From assembly GCA_964016885.1 (NCBI GenBank), contig OZ024746.1:35154001-35218000 (forward strand): DNA of 64,000 nt, in the 5' to 3' direction. This stretch comes from Eledone cirrhosa. Lineage: Eukaryota. Both the position numbers and the translations under genes were made by a program. This document shows positions 62,935 through 64,000 of the stretch, piece after piece. Numbering within the stretch: the stretch's first letter is position 1; each line of letters begins with the position of its first letter. The notes under the pieces were generated by a model that ran no database searches, had not been told where the DNA came from, and saw only the letters and a list, made by a program, of their open reading frames with translations.

Positions 62935-63518
62935 AGGTGGGGCGGATTCCCTAGAGATATTTCTGTGGTTGATCTTGCGTATGTGCGATTCTATATTTGC
63001 TGCCGTAGAGTATGAGAGTTTTATAGTGTTTCTATTGAGTATTTTATGATATCTATGTGAAATAGGGAAGTGTTTATCTATTAGTTTAAAGAATATAGAA
63101 GGCAGTCTGGTTTTTACAGAGGAGTTGAAGATTGGGTTGAACCATAGTTATTTTCTTTCTCTGATTCTTCTATTGTTTCTTGGGTTTACATTATTAGTGT
63201 TTGGACCGCTTGCTCTAGGTGCTACGTGCCTAATCCTATGTCTAGTCCTGTTACCTCTATTTCTGTGTGAGCGGTTGGTGTAGATGCTATTAGGTTTGTT
63301 TAAGTTGTCTTTATTCGCTATATACTGCAGTTTATCTTTATGTCCAGCCCTATGTAATGCTGCGTTATAATAGTTAGCATGTTCATTTAAAATGTCTAGA
63401 TTTGATGATAAGCGGGATATTCTAAGGGATATACTACGTTCTATGGATCTGATTATGGATTTGGGGTGGTTGAGTTATAACTAATGTAGGCCAGATTTTC
63501 ATTATGTTTGTGGAAAGG

Positions 63519-63803
63519 TTATATTAATCCCGTATTTAGATTTAGAGTCACATCTAGAAAGTTTACCTTCTTATGGTTCAGTTCGTAGGTATTACTTAGG
63601 CCTAGTTTTTTTAAGAATGTTCTAATGTTTTTTCTTAATCTTTCCATGCTCTGGTTGTTTAAGTTCTTAGCTATAAGGAGAGTGTCGTCTCTATAAATCC
63701 CTCCTTGGAGGTTACTGAATTCCTTATGTAGGTTGTGTGCTATGAATAGCCCCACGATGTCAGTGATTTGCTTAGAGTCATTTAATCCCATTGTTATATC
63801 CAA
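63519..63803 (-). pseudogene. PLE reverse transcriptase fragment
   Basis: DITMG, GGIYRDD, FLDVTLNL. Confidence 0.85.
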
Positions 63804-64000
63804 GCTGCTTATCCTATCTTTTCTTACCCAGTAGCTATTTTCAAATTTTATGATAGTCCTTCTAGCCGCTATTATTATTTCAATTTCCTCAGAGGTAAGA
63901 TCGGAGTTATTTTGGGCAAATATAAGCGCTTTATCTAGTGTGGCTGGGGATATGGATGCATAGTAGTCGTCTATATCAAATTGTATGAAGTTACATGTCT

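Overview
AT-rich metazoan DNA with no recognisable host exon, probably intronic or intergenic. The repeat content looks cephalopod/Octopus-like; this is inferred from SINE type and microsatellite load and is not proven. A large part is (TA)n, (CA)n, (GATA)n or (GTAT)n microsatellite, and nearly all ORFs in the supplied track are artefacts of it. Supported content: (1) a full-length 5.8-kb Tx1/L1-clade LINE and a truncated relative, both inserted in (TATC)n; (2) a decayed RTE LINE with a PHD-like finger; (3) R4/Dong-like and RTE fragments; (4) about 18 copies of a tRNA-derived SINE; (5) a non-autonomous Helitron whose empty site is visible in a neighbouring duplicate; (6) Penelope-like elements (RT and GIY-YIG remnants). 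The main unexplained structure is a set of more than 10 fold-back inserts sitting in (TA)n tracts. Folded by hand, many contain type I hammerhead ribozyme folds, and several families carry CCGA or CAGA instead of CUGA in the core. A separate four-copy motif looks like a permuted (type II-like), pseudoknotted hammerhead inside a 532-bp retrozyme-like tandem. Two candidate recursive splice sites (YnCAG|GTAAG) lie on the + strand. All RNA folds and family assignments were made by eye, without searches.
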